Shown: positions 36,501-49,702, counted from the whole stretch's first letter. The stretch: DNA of 63,302 nucleotides, filler included, from Reclinomonas americana ATCC 50394 (GCA_048213135.1; 16 parts of 16 records of this genome joined end to end with filler, not necessarily neighbours in it), one strand, 5' to 3'. Notes: generated by a model from the sequence alone, not told the origin. Program-made: numbers and translations.

Positions 36501-39056
36501 TGCTCAGCAACCCGTAAATGGCATGCATCACAGTTGACACAGCTCCACGGAGGGGTAGCCAGCTGCTGCAGGCGAGCAATGCGGACTGTAGAAGAGGGTC
36601 GTCGACGGCCGGATGTGCACCACTACCCGCACCAGCTGGTTCGAGCCTCTCAGCCGGTGGCACCGCCGCTGTGTGCGCATGCACGGCTGGTGCTGCAGGC
36701 GTCGCAACAAGGAACGCACGGCGGAGATGCTCAAGCTCTTGTAGATAGTCATCGGAGGACAGCAATCCTCCGGCACCATCTTGGCCTGGTGCAAGCTGAT
36801 TTCGACGTCGGATTGTGAGTCGCGACAGATGTGTCATCATCTCTGTCGGTGCCCGCATCACGCTGCTGTAGGTCGCCAGAAGTGGACACACGAGATTCTG
36901 CATGCAAGAAGTGGTGCGCGCAATGGTGAGTGTTAACAATAACAAAAGAAACGTCACTGATCCATACACAACAATGAGCATCTACCAGTGATCGCCAACA
37001 AGTCTCGTGTGCTTTCCTTCTACAACTAAAACTGTTATCTCTCTAAGCGTCCCCAAGCTCACTCCCTTTCCTTTCTCTCTCTCTTCTGCAGCTCTTTCTC
37101 TCGAGCCTTCTCATCCAGCCACACTCACCATCAGGTCACTGTGAATATGCGCCAGTTGCTCGTCGCCAAACTGAATAGTAATGTGCGACGCGGCACGCGC
37201 GTGCACGTGTGACTTCTTCGACTTCCTCCGTGACTTTTTCGAACGTGCACCAGCATCGTCATTGGCAGCAGCAGTGGCACCAGATCCAGATGCAGATCCG
37301 AATCCAGATCGCGCGGAAGCAGCTGCTGATGTGATCTCGCGTTCGGCCTCCTTCTCCACACTCGGCTTGTTAACGTTCTCCTTCAGTTTGAACGTCGTTT
37401 TCACCTTGAAGTGGGAGTCGCCGGTTGCCTTCTGCTCCCTTGTCATCTTTCGCTTTCTTGTGTGGCACAGCTGCGTCGAGTACTGGTTGTGGGCAAACGA
37501 GAATCGACGAGCGCCATGAGCCTTCGCGTCGGCCAGTCTGTGTGTGATCGAACGCGAATAAGTGCGTGCACGCTGTGGTCTATCCTGATCATGACAGACG
37601 GACCTGAGCCTGCCTTCACGCTCCTCCAGCAGCAAGGATACGTGCCGGCCCAACCGGTTGCGCGACAGCACAGTGGCCGCATCTTCACTTCCCTGCAGAG
37701 TTACATCGCTTCCGACCTTCACCCTGCAAAAATCCATGCATGTGGTGAGTATTACAGGAACGTGTAAGCGTATACGAGCGCTTGCAATAGCATCGCTGCA
37801 TATCACAAACATGTACCTAACACAAACACGATAGCTATTGCAGAAGTGACGCAACGATACGCGCACTGTCTTGTCGAACTTATTCTTCTCGACTTTCAAC
37901 CCCCCATCTGGATGGAATTTGATGGCATTTGCAGGAACAGGCATCCTGATGCGTCGCTTCTCCGAGTTGCTGAATGTTGAGAGTCCACAGGCCGCGCCCT
38001 TTTGCGTGCTGATCATAAGGTCGGAGTAGAGACATAGGCATTCAGTGAGTTGTCAATCTCGTAAGCGCACGCGTGCACGTGCACGGCCACTGGGCACAGA
38101 TGTACACATAGATCTATAGTACTAGGGACTTCACTGATCTGTACAACAGTGAGCATCTACCAGTGATCGCCAACAAGTCTCGTGTGCTTTCCTTCTACAA
38201 CTAAAACTGTTTTAAGTGTGTTGTCGGTGTTGAGAATAAAGCCCTATTCAGGACACACGGCCTCCAGGCCAGGGAGAAGACTTCTACTGTAACAAATCTC
38301 GTGCACTTTCTTTCGTGCCGGCACACGCATGCCGCGGCCGGTTCTCTCCGATGAACAGTGTCTGTATGCGCAGTGGCTACATATCGAATGGTGCAACTGC
38401 AGCTGCAACTGGCTGTACACATGTAGATGCATGCGTACCTATTCTTCGCCCCCGCAGAAGCTGATTTTCGTCGACGAGCGCGAGTGCCTGCTCCTTTTGC
38501 TGCCGCAACCCTCGCGGCCGATCGCTGCTTGAGGATGTCTGACAGCTCAGACGGTGTGAAGTGCAATCTACACCGTTTCTCGCGGTGATCCTCACTGTGC
38601 ACATGTCGACAGTGAGCAGGNNNNNNNNNNNNNNNNNNNNNNNNNNNNNNNNNNNNNNNNNNNNTTAATTAATTAANNNNNNNNNNNNNNNNNNNNNNNN
38701 NNNNNNNNNNNNNNNNNNNNCTGACAACAAACCATAATGTCGATGCAACAATCGTCGGAGAACATGAGTGCGCCGTTGTCTGGCCCCTTCCGCAAAGCAC
38801 GCAGAACGCCTTCGTCTGCAAGCTGCTCCACAGCCGATGCAAGCTGAGTGCAACTGGTGGTCTCTCCCACCACTTGAGAGACGTGTAGAAAAAGCGAGTT
38901 GCCGGGGTGTTGCAGATGCTGTTCCTCTGCCGCCTGGCAATGGCCATGCGTACGTGCGCGCGTACGTGCGCCCTCGTGTTCGTCGTCATGATCAGCGGCT
39001 GCGGCAGTTCGCGGCCGCGGGGTGGACGATGAGCCGGATGCTTTGCTCTCCATCAT
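33511..39056 (-). CDS. Large multi-exon gene (or gene cluster) of unknown family with acidic/low-complexity stretches
   Basis: Co-oriented long ORFs (38673-39056, 38201-38602, 37111-38016, 36433-36981, 34825-36108, 33459-34283). Several are joinable in phase by GT-AG introns (AKN/STQKG, SDLM/NLVCP, QLS/DEAQVK); the junction near 35970 is unresolved. No motif recognised. Confidence 0.5.
36975..38211. repeat. Identical 62-bp direct repeat pair (36975-37036 and 38150-38211)
   Basis: tgagcatctaccagtgatcgccaacaagtctcgtgtgctttccttctacaactaaaactgtt occurs twice, with imperfect leftward extension (tcactgatc...acaaca). Confidence 0.95.
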
Positions 39057-40251
39057 GCTTGAAAAAAACTGGTGTCTGGTGTGGCCGGCTTGTCCGGAAC
39101 TGTCCGCGTGGCACCAGTCGCACGTAGTGTCAGATCGATAATGTCAGCTGCAGACGGGAACGTTTGTGCACGTGCACGTGTCATGCATGCCCACCTGTTC
39201 GGAATGTTATAATTACCATACACTTATAGAAAATTTGTTGATGAGTACTCTATCGATATCGAAGGCGCACGTGGTCTTGCGATCGGCAGAGTGTGGAGTC
39301 GCAATTCAAAATCTTGTCCAGCTGCTGTCTGGTCACCGACACTGTCTTGTCCGGTGTGTTTCTTATAATGTCAGGCCTATTATTGGCCATACACGCCCAG
39401 ATGCGTCCAAGTATGCACGACGTCTGTGAAACTCGGAGGAGTTGGTAAACGTTTCACAACAATTCTCGCTGTCGTGAAATCGTTGGCCGCAGTCGGCTCG
39501 GTACGCGGTCGCACAACGTCGCACTGCAAACCCGCAATTGCGCAACGACTGTCAGTGTCGCGAAATCGTCGACCAAGGTGCCTTCTGTATGCTCAAACAG
39601 TACCACGTTGTACGTAAATCGTTCACTTTTTGCCCCTCGCTGACTCACGTGATGCAGCTGTGCCTTTCGGATCGCTTGCAATGAGACGCTGTGTGGTTGC
39701 TTGATTTTGCTGGCCATGCATATGGTTGCAATTGATCACCACTGCAGCCTTGCAATTGGTGCCAAAGTAGTCCATATATACCAAGAGCCGTGGCATCTCC
39801 CGCGATGTTACCTACTACGCTGCCACCACTGGATGTCGTCTGGCCCATTCTGCACAATCACACACGCAGACACGCTTCACTCCCAGATTGTTGTCAATGA
39901 GGAAAATTCGAGAGTTTGTCTAATACCCGTCATTTCTTTTCGGTGAGTTCTCACGCAGTAAGAGTGCTCGGCGAATTCTGGCGAAATCTGAAGTCCAACA
40001 CGGGTGGACGACCATGGTAGCCTAAACGGGCCAGTCATTCACTGATTTCTGGCGGAGAAAAGGAAGGCGTCCGGCGTTACGGAAATGAAAAATTGACACA
40101 ATCCATCAGTCACGCTCACACATAGGAAATTAAAATTTCTTCTCCCTTGGANNNNNNNNNNNNNNNNNNNNNNNNNNNNNNNNNNNNNNNNNNNNTTAAT
40201 TAATTAANNNNNNNNNNNNNNNNNNNNNNNNNNNNNNNNNNNNNNNNNNNN

Positions 40252-43200
40252 GAGAGAGAGAGAGGGAGAGGAAGGGTGCGCTGAACAAACCCGCGCCACT
40301 TGAGCCTCCAGATCCGTGCAGCGCTGTTGCAGTTGCTCGTGCAGCACCGGGTCAATCTGTCGGTACTTGGCCACAAACTGCTTGTGACGGTCGGCCCATC
40401 TCTCGGCGTCCTGTCGCAACAGCGTCTTCTCGTTCTCCAACAACTCCACCGTCTGCTGCAGTTCCAGGACCTTGACTGTATTGCCGGTGTCAGTGACGGA
40501 CAACAGAAAAAAACGTGAACGGGAAGAACAACGAAACGTCGCAGTGGCTGCAACTCCTCGTCGAGCTGCTGGGCGCGCTGCTGCCACGAGTTGGCGTTGC
40601 GCAGATTTCTCTCATTGTCGGTGCGCAGTGTGATGTTGCTCTCGCGAAGCAGATTGAATTGCTCCAGCTTCTGCTGCATGGCGCGGAACTCGTTCTCGTC
40701 CATCGGCAGCTGATCTCGCCGGTGCATGGCCTCATGCAGCTGGTTCTCCAGCTGCTGGCAGCGCCGCTTCAATCCCTCATTTTCGCCGCTCAGTCGGCGA
40801 CTCTCCAGCTGCAGCGTGTCGGCACGCTGCTCAGCCAGCTCCTTTTCACGGCGCACGTATCGCAGCTGTGATGAGGAGACACATGTAAGTCAACGAGTAC
40901 TATTATGCGCAGTGACATCTCTCTTCTCTCACTCGCACCAGCTCCATGGCGTCTTCCGCCGGCTCAGCTGCCGCGGCAGCCGCGTCGTCAGAGCCGTCGG
41001 CATCGCCACGAGCGCGACGAGCGAGTTGCACACTGAGACCGCCAAGCTGCGTGTGAAGCAGGTCGTTCTGTTTCTTCAGCTCCTCCAGACTGCAATGAGG
41101 GAAAAGAGAAATGAGTGAAGAGGCAATGAGGAAGAGAGTTATCAGAACAGACAACACACCGCACGGACGACATGCTAATGGCCTCCTCCAAGGTCGCCTT
41201 TTGCGTGTCTGCCGAGTGACGTGCTTCGGCCAGCTTGGCCTCCAGCGCGGCGACTTTGGCCTGCAGCTCACATTATTAACGGACATGCGACTCCTGCAAG
41301 AGAGACAAACACGGAGAAACGCACCTCGGCCTCCGAGCACTCGGCGGTCTTGTCACGCAGTCGATTGCGCAAGTGTTGAATGTGATGCACCGTGTCGGCG
41401 TGCTTGGCCAACTCGTTCTGGTAGTCCTCCTCGGCCTTGCGGTAGCGTGCGAAATCGCGATTCTTGTCGGCTGCGCACAGCGGTGCAAGACTCAGACGCC
41501 GTAACCACGTCATCGTCACAATCAGTCAGCGCACACACACCTTGGCACGATTCAGCACGCTGCAGAGCGTCGGCTGTCGAGCGTCGCAAGCTCTCGCATT
41601 CGTCTTCCAGCTCACGTCGTGCGCGCTCCAGCGAGTTCAAGTCGGCACGCAGTTTCTGTTGTTCACCAGCACACATAACACATCAGCTTCACGTGTTACA
41701 AATTCTCCAAAGAGGCAGCAGCAAACCTCCTCCAATTTCAGCGCCTCCATCTCGCGTTCACGAGCACCCTCTTGCACCGACTGCAGCCGACCCGACTCCT
41801 CCTCGACACGCGTGCGCAGGTGAGCGAGCTTCGCCTCGGCGTCGGCTCGGTACGCCGTAAACGCCTCCGACGTCTCCTCCAGCGCCTTCTCGTGCACGCG
41901 GGTCAGTTCCATGTACTGCCGGCTGTGTTCGCGCTCCTTGGCCAGCTGCTCCTGCAACGACGTGATCTCGTCACGGGCATTGGCCAGATCCAGCTCCAGC
42001 GCCGAATTCGGCGCCTGCGGATCGGCCGCCGACGCACCGAGCAGCACCGCAAGGCGATTCTCCGCGGTATGCAAATGCTGCGCCAGCGTCTCGTTACGCG
42101 AGCGCAACGCGTCTGCCGTGATACGAGTCTCCTCCAGCTCGCGTCGCAACGCCGAGCTCTCGCCCTCCCGACTCTTGTTCTTCTCGGCAAACTCGCGCTC
42201 CGCCACCTCCAGACGCAGCTGCAGGTCGCGCGAAATCAATCGCTCCTCTTCCAAGCGCGATTTCAGCCCCGTCCTGTGCAGAGACAATGCCGCATTCAGC
42301 GCACGTGTCAACTCGGTACACACATATGAACACATGCACATACCAATCCCGCTGCAGCACGCCAACTTCGTCCTCCAGGCGCTTGCGCTGGTCGTCGCTC
42401 GACTGTGCCAGCTGCTGCTGATGCGACTGCAGCTTGTCCAGCAGCTGCTCCATACGGCCGTGCTCCTTCATCAGGTCGCTGTTCTCGCGCATCAGGCGCT
42501 CGTACTGCTGCGACATGAACGTCTTCTCCGAGTTGGCACTCTCCAGCTTGACCTCCAAGCGACGAATGGTGGACTCCTTGTCGAGGAGCGCACGGTTGGC
42601 ATCCTCCACTTGCGTCTGGTACGAGACCACCGACGCGTTGAACGACCGGTGCATCTCGCGCAGTTGTTGAATCTGTGCGCATACAGTGAGCACGGTGCAT
42701 CGCGAGTACAGGCGGGCGCGTCGTCTCCCTTCTCACCTCGGCACGATCCTCCTCCAACGACGCAACCAGCGTGCGCTGGCGCTGCTCGAGGTACTCGATC
42801 TGGGCACGGGCACGGCCCAATTCGCGCTGCGCGCTGTCTTTGGCCTGCGCAACCCACCGAAAACCCCCACCAGTCAGTGAGAAGCGAGAGATGATGTCAG
42901 ATGACCGAAGAGAGCGGACCTCGCGCTCCTTGTCCTGCGCCTCCTGCAGCAGCTTGCGAGTCGCCGAAAAGTCGACCTGCAAGCCCTCCAACACTTCGCG
43001 GAATTTCACTGCGGCGAAGCCAGTCAGCAGGACTAGCACAACCAAAAAATCATTGTCTGTTTGCTCGACGCAACTCTCTGGGATGTCGTCCTGGACACGG
43101 TTGCTGGCCGGCGCGCCCTCATTGCTGCGATTCTGCTCCAGATTCTGCGCCAGCGCCTTGTACATGTCACGCTGTCGCACAATGGCCTCCACCATCTTCT

Positions 43201-45778
43201 CCTGACGCTCGCGCTCGACTCGCATGAGCTCCACCTCGGCACTGGCGGCCGCCAGCTTGTCGTCGAGCTCGCGCTGCCACTGCCGTTGCTTGGCGGCGTT
43301 GGCGCGCTCGACACCCACGGTGATTTGACGAATGTGGCGAACCAGCTGCACACACACANNNNNNNNNNNNNNNNNNNNNNNNNNNNNNNNNNNNNNNNNN
43401 NNTTAATTAATTAANNNNNNNNNNNNNNNNNNNNNNNNNNNNNNNNNNNNNNNNNNNNACACACACCACACGAGGTCAGGCTACTGACAAATCAAATGCG
43501 ACGCCACCTACCAGCACCACAACGCAACGAGGTTGTTCTTCTCTTGCAGATCGGCCACATCGCGGTATGTCAGCAAGTCAGTGCTGATTGGCTGCTGTTC
43601 CGTCAACAGAATCTCCACGTCATCGTCGCCACCGTCGCCTTGTCGATTGCGGCCTTGCAGGAAACTGAAAGCGCCACCAGAGCCAGCAGTGCCACCCACG
43701 GCCGAAACGCCTGCCGACTGACGCAGCAGCTCCTGCAACTGGCGATTCAAGTCGTTGCGCTCGACCTGCAGCAGCTCCATGCGTCGCTCGCAGTCCTCCA
43801 CGTAGACACGCGCCTGGTCGACCTCAGACTTGTAGGATTCGGCCTGTCGCAGCGCCTGCGAGATCTTGACTTGCATCTGATTGTGTGCCACCACCAGCTG
43901 CTCGTACTCGCGCCGCTGCGCCTCGATGATCGGCGACTTCTCCTCAATGTCGCTGAGGATTTGCTGCAGGTAGTTTTGCAGACGGCGGTTCTCGTCGGTG
44001 CGCTTCTGCAACTCCGCCTCGGCCTCCACCAACTTGGTGTACATTTCCGTGATCGACATGCCCTTGCTCATCGCACTGCGACGGAATGGGTGAGTAAAGA
44101 AAAAAGCACATTCGCCCTGGTGTACATGACCAACCTGACGGCACGGGCGGTCGGCGACAAGAATGTGGTGGCCGGCGACACGCCAATCGATGCAGCCGCC
44201 GAGCGTGTGAGAACTGGCGTGGATGGCGAGGCGAGCGGTGCCGAAGTCGGCATGTGTGACTGCACCGACATCATCTCGCGCTCCAAATCCAACAGCTGCT
44301 TGCGCAGCTGCACGACTTCGTGCTGCGTGGCATCGCGGACCTCGGTCACCTCCTGCAGCTGCGACTTGAGATTTTCAATCTCCTGCTGCGAATCCGCAGT
44401 CGCCGTGTGCAGCTGGCGTCGGAGGGCGTCGACTTGTCCAGAGAGTGCAGCCGTGCGTGCCTTTTCCTCGTCCAAATGTTCCTGCCACATCGCCGGCGAT
44501 GAGATGACATTTAGAGGAATAGGCGAGAGTGTGCCACGGCAAACCTGGCACATCTTGGAGAGCTTCGACAGCGACGCATTCTCCGCCTGCAACGCCTCCT
44601 CGCGCGAAAGCGACGAGTCGCGCAACTCGCGTAACCGCTCGGCGAGCTGGCGTGCATTGGCCTCGGTATCCTGCAAGCGCGTGCGAGTGCTCGACAGCTC
44701 CACATCCAGCTGCTTCTCGCTCTCGCGCGCTGCACGCAGACGCGACTCCAAATCGTGCACCACCGAGCTCTTCTCGTTGCGGAACTGCGTAAACTCCTCG
44801 TTGCGACGCTGCAGCTCCTGCTCCAGCCACTCATTCTGCCGTGCCAAGTTGTCCCTCTCCTGCTGCAGCTTGGCATTCTCAAAGTGCAGCGGCGCCTGCC
44901 CGCCGCGCACCTGGTTCAACTCATCCACCAACGCGCTCTTCTCCTTGTACAGCTGCGCCAGCCGATTGGAGATGCCGGCCATCTCGTCGGTGACCGACGA
45001 GGCGGCCGACTCGCGCGATTTCAGACGCTCCTCCACCTCCGCCTTGGAGTGCACCACCAGCGAGAGATCCTCACGCAGCTTGCCATTCTCCGCACGCAGC
45101 TGATTGGCCGCCGCCAGCTGCTCGCTCAGTTGCCGCTGCAGATCGCTCAGCTGGCCCTCTGCAACAAGCAATGAGCGCGAGGCGACAAAGAGGAGAGAGA
45201 GACAGCATGGAAGACGCACCCAGCGCGGCTGTGCGCGTGCTCAGCTCCTGATGCGTCCTCTGCAGCTGCTCACGCTCCCGCTCATTGCTCTTGTAGCGTC
45301 TCTCCAGCTCCAAGAAGCGATGATCGGCCTCGAGTGCACGTGCCCGCGACTGCGCAATCTCATGCTCCACTCGCTGCAAGCAAGCACAAGTCAATCTCCC
45401 GCTCTCTTGCACACACACACACACACGCAGAGACATAACCTCGCGTGCGACTTTGAGCTGCTTCTCCGCCACCTCCACAATGCCACTGATGTCGCCGGCG
45501 GCACACAGTCGCCGATACTCGTCTGCAGCATCGCTGAAAAACGATGGCACACCTGTCACACACAAAGTCAGACACACGCACACACACACACACGCACACA
45601 CTGCCAATGCACGCGCAACTCTGATGATGCACAGCCGCAGACACTGCAAACACCTGTGTTGCACGCGTGACATGTCAGCAAACACACTTGCACTTTCATC
45701 TCACTCTCTGTTCTCTCTTTGTATCTCGCTCACCGAGGTGCCAGTGCCACTGCCTTGGCCACCAAACTCGGCGTCCAT
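40252..45778 (-). CDS. TPR: Nucleoprotein TPR / Mlp1 / NUA nuclear-basket coiled-coil protein, N-terminal part
   Basis: GMSITEMYTKLVEAEAEL..ENRRLQNYLQQILSDIEEKSPIIEAQRREYE, ISTDLLTYRDVADLQEKN, MVEAIVRQRDMYKAL, YQNELAKHA, YVRREKELAE, NLLRESNITLR. Spans the 43359 gap and is truncated at the 40152-40251 gap. Probable ATG at 45778. Confidence 0.93.
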
Positions 45779-46093
45779 TCTGTGAGAGAGGGCTTTCTTT
45801 TGTGTTTGTTTGTTTGTTTACAAAATCGCGGCAATTTCGTGTTGTCTCTGTTGCTTGCAAAAAAGGTGAGTTGCGCGCAGAGGGCAAGCAGTGTGAGAGT
45901 AAGGGGCATAGACAGCTTAAGTACTGTGTGTGCGCGTGGTTGTCGCTGTGTGCGTTTTGTTTGTAAGTTGTGTGTGCACGCGCCATGAACATCCCCCCCC
46001 TCCCTCTCTCTCTCCCTGCTCTTCTGTCTCTCTCTCCTTTGCTTGTTCTCACTGTGTGCTTGTGTGTTTGCTTGTGTGCGCAGGAGCAGAAAG

Positions 46094-47607
46094 ATGGATT
46101 TGAGCGGAAACCCGAATCAAGATCGGGAAGTGTTGCCGCGCGTGGATGATGGTGTTGCCTCGTTGGCCTGGAGGTGAGTGTGTGAGTGTGAGAGAGTGTG
46201 TGAGAGAGAGAAGGCGATGAGCGTGGTGAGAGGACACTATAAAGTCGACAAGATCGACCTTGTCGAACTCAGACTCACACGGGCGCTGTTTGCTCACCTG
46301 TTGCTTGCAGTCCGGCCGGCAACTTCATCTGTGCGGGTGTGTGGTCCAACAAGGTGAGCGATTCATTCTTTCATTCACTTGTCTCTTGCATTCCTCCTCC
46401 TCCTCCTCCTCGTCTTCTTTTCCTTCTTCTTCTTCTTCTTGTTGTTGTTCTTCTTCTTTTTCTTGTTCTCCTCCTCCTCTTTCTCTTCCTTCTCTTCCTT
46501 GTCCTTCTTCTTCTTCTTCTTCTTCTTCTTCTTCTTCTTCTTCTTCTTCTTCTTCTTCCTCTCTCTCCTTCTCTCTCATTGCCTCTCTCGCTTGTTCAGG
46601 TGAATCTGTGGGAGATTGCCATGGACGGCTCATCGGCGCCGAAGGACGAGTTGCTGCATGAGGGACCGGTGCTGGCCACATGCTGGTCATCGGTTCGTGC
46701 ATTTCCTCCCGTGGTTCGAGGCAAGGCACTCTCTGTTTGCTCATTGTCATCAATCATTGTTAGGATGGCTCCACGATCTTCAGTGCCGGTGGTGATCGCT
46801 CGGTCAAGATGTGGAATCTCGACACGGGGCAGTCGAGCACCGTGGGCATGCACGATGCGCCGGTCAAGTCGCTGATCTTCAGCCCGGACCTGAATGTTGC
46901 GCGACACTTTCATGGTGTTCGTGCCCGCTCAATTACCTCACCCTCTTGTGCAGTTGCTGGTGTCGGGATCATGGGACAAGACGGTCAAGTTTTGGGATTG
47001 CAGACAGCAGCAGCCGGCGGCCGCGTTGCCGTTGCCGGAGCGATGCTATGCCATGGATGCGGCGGGTGCGCTGATGGTGGTGGCGTGTGCGGCCAAGAGG
47101 ATTATGGTGTACAACCTGGGCGACATTAGCAAGCCGTTCCGTGAGCTGGACTCGCCGATGAAGTACCAGACGCGCTGCGTGTCTTGCTTCCCCACGGCCG
47201 AGGGCTGGGCACTCGGCTCGGTGGAGGGCCGTGTGGCCATTCAGCATGCGGCCGAGGAGCACGACAAGCAGAACTTCACCTTCAAGTGCCACCGCGAGAA
47301 GAACGACATTTACGCCGTCAACGACATCTCCTTCCACCCGTCGTGCGGCTCCTTCTCCACCGTCGGCTCCGATGGCTCCTTCCACTTTTGGGACAAGGAC
47401 AACCGCGCCAAGCTCAAGTCCTTCAAGCGCTGTGATCAGCCCATCTCTGTCGGCAAGTTCAACCGCGACGGCACCATCTTTGCCTATGCCGTGTCGTACG
47501 ACTGGAGCCGTGGTGCGGCGGCGTACAAGCCCGAAAAGGGCAATCACATTCTGTTGCATGCCGTGCAGGAGAACGAGGTCAAGCAGAGGCCACCGGAGCG
47601 CCGGTAA
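46094..47607 (+). CDS. RAE1: mRNA export factor RAE1/Gle2 (WD40)
   Basis: Five exons: NPNQDREV..DDGVASLAWS/P..; HEGPVL; HDAPVK; LVSGSWDKTVKFWD; LPERCYAMD; SPMKYQTRCV; GSVEGRVAI; FTFKCHR; IYAVNDISFHP; GSDG; FAYAVSYDWSRG. The SPxKYQTR and YDWSxG blocks favour Rae1 over Bub3. Confidence 0.95.
46393..46580. repeat. (CTT)n/(CCT)n microsatellite in RAE1 intron 2
   Basis: Long cttcttctt run between the donor at ~46353 and the acceptor at 46599. Confidence 0.95.
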
Positions 47608-48013
47608 GCGACACCAAGAGCTGAGGCAGGGCGCGTGGTCTCGGCTGGCAAGGAGGGAAGGAGTAGGCAGGCAGGCAGGTGAAAAGAAAGTGTGTGTGTG
47701 TGTGTGATTGAATGAACCGACAGTCGGCAAACAAAAAGGGGGTGGCGGTACGCTTCATTAACGAATGATTTTCACTCTCGCGTGGCTCACGGTGCGTGTG
47801 CACACGTGAGTGGCGAGGAGAGAGAAACAGGATTGGNNNNNNNNNNNNNNNNNNNNNNNNNNNNNNNNNNNNNNNNNNNNTTAATTAATTAANNNNNNNN
47901 NNNNNNNNNNNNNNNNNNNNNNNNNNNNNNNNNNNNAGAGAGAGAGAGAGAGAGACAGTCAGTCAGCAACACAAGGATTGGCAAAAGAGAGAGGCACAAA
48001 AACAGCGAGGCGC

Positions 48014-49082
48014 ACCAGCATGGGAGCGCAGCCAGACACCAGCGCGTCACAAGTAGACGTGTTCAACGTGAACACCGTGCCGGCAATGTACGACTGCCAG
48101 TTGGGCGAGCACGCGAGGCACACCATGCCAGCGCTATAGTCAAGCAGCGCCGACACGCACGAGCCGCTGTTGCTGAGCAGGTTCTGCGCATACGACGAGG
48201 CGTTGTTCGAAAACGCGGTGATTGCTGCGCACATGCACTGTTGGCCGGACAGCAGCGATAAAGGAAGAGAGAACAAGCGAGTCGCACCATTCTGCACAGC
48301 AGAGCTGTTGTTCACGCCATACGCCATCTGCATGGCGCTCACAATTTGCGAGAAGGAGCCTGCATACGTGACAAGTGTGATGAGTTCATGAGTTTATACA
48401 AGGAAAGAATTCAATGTGCGCAACTGTTGAGAGCAGAGGCTATGTTGGGAATGGCCTGCGAGACACCTGCATGCAAGAGGGAGCGAGCGCGTATTACGTC
48501 AATTCACACAATATGGGGTGAAATCAGACACGCATCATGACTGCAGATAAACGAACCAGTGGAGTAGGCTGCAGAAGAGAGCAGAAGAGAGAGAGTGAGT
48601 GACGTGTGTGACAAGGAAGAGGGGTAATGAGAGAGAGAGAGAGTCGCGCACCTGTGAAGAACTGCGCAAGAGCTGTGCGCACAGTGTTCATGGCAGCAGC
48701 CAACTGTGCCACCGTCGTGGCATTGCAGCACGAGGGCTGTCCATTGAAAGAGGTGCACGCAGAGTTGGCCAAGCTCTGTAAACAAACAAAACAAACAAAC
48801 AAAGAGAGAGTGAGCAGGGCCATTTCCCTCGCGATCTCTTCTCGCACACACACAGACACACGCGCGTGCGCAACAGAGACTGGCGAGGAGGGGAACGTCA
48901 GCACTCCGCTCCACAGAGGAACGGCGCATGAGGTCGGACCAGTGGTGGGCGTGGTCTGCGCGGAGACCAAAAGCGCACCCAGCAGCACCAGCACAGCGCA
49001 GGCAATCACAATGGAGACTGTGCACGCGTGTGTGAGTGAGTGAGTAAGAGAATTATGGAAGGCGGGGAGGCTCACCGCGCAT
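48014..49082 (-). CDS. Secreted Cys-rich protein, folate-receptor/NPC1-NTD-like Cys spacing; 3' incomplete
   Basis: MR/VSIVIACAVLVLLGALLVSAQ signal peptide (7-nt first coding exon), then C..ACTSFNGQPSCCNAT..CVSALLDYSAGMVCLACSPNW..CDALVSGC. Confidence 0.6.
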
Positions 49083-49702
49083 GATGAGTGAGCACAATAT
49101 AGTGGACGTCGCGGGACAGCAAGGATTTGACTTGCGCACACGCACTTGCAGCCGCGGTGAGCAGCACAGTGCAGAACCACTAGAGCGGAAAGCGGGTGAG
49201 TGAGGAGAAAGTGAAAAGAAAATTGAAAACAGCGCAAGTCTTGATTTGTTCGAATCTCCGACGTCGAACACGCACAAAAGAACCTGCGACGCTGCTGCCT
49301 CCGAGAATGGCGTTCGCGCTAATGTTTTGCATATAGCTGTACATGTGCGCATCAAGGCAGCTGTTGCTTGTTTGAATTGTTGTTGTCGGACACGCGAAGT
49401 TGACAACTCCCACAAAAGAATGGCCGCAGACAACAAGGGCACTCGCTTCGCAGAGGCTGTCATTCGCGTTGCGTTACACACTCACACCTTGTCACACACC
49501 ACACTCGCTCTCTCTCACGCACACACAGTTCTCTGAGCAAGCGNNNNNNNNNNNNNNNNNNNNNNNNNNNNNNNNNNNNNNNNNNNNTTAATTAATTAAN
49601 NNNNNNNNNNNNNNNNNNNNNNNNNNNNNNNNNNNNNNNNNNNTCATCATATGTTTTTCTGTTGTTGTGCGAATTAACTATTTGTTTGGAATCATCAATC
49701 AA

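Noticed and set aside
39060..40151. tRNA, snRNA or transposon terminal inverted repeat
   Set aside because: No cloverleaf, snRNA motif or partner inverted repeat was recognisable by eye; an Infernal scan and self-alignment would be needed.
43496..45103. 535-aa plus-strand ORF (also 59370-60623 and 46969-47730)
   Set aside because: These are antisense shadows of the GC-rich TPR, CAP-Gly and RAE1 coding sequences.
46094..47607. BUB3 assignment
   Set aside because: The NPNxD N-terminus, SPMKYQTR and terminal YDWSRG fit Rae1 better.
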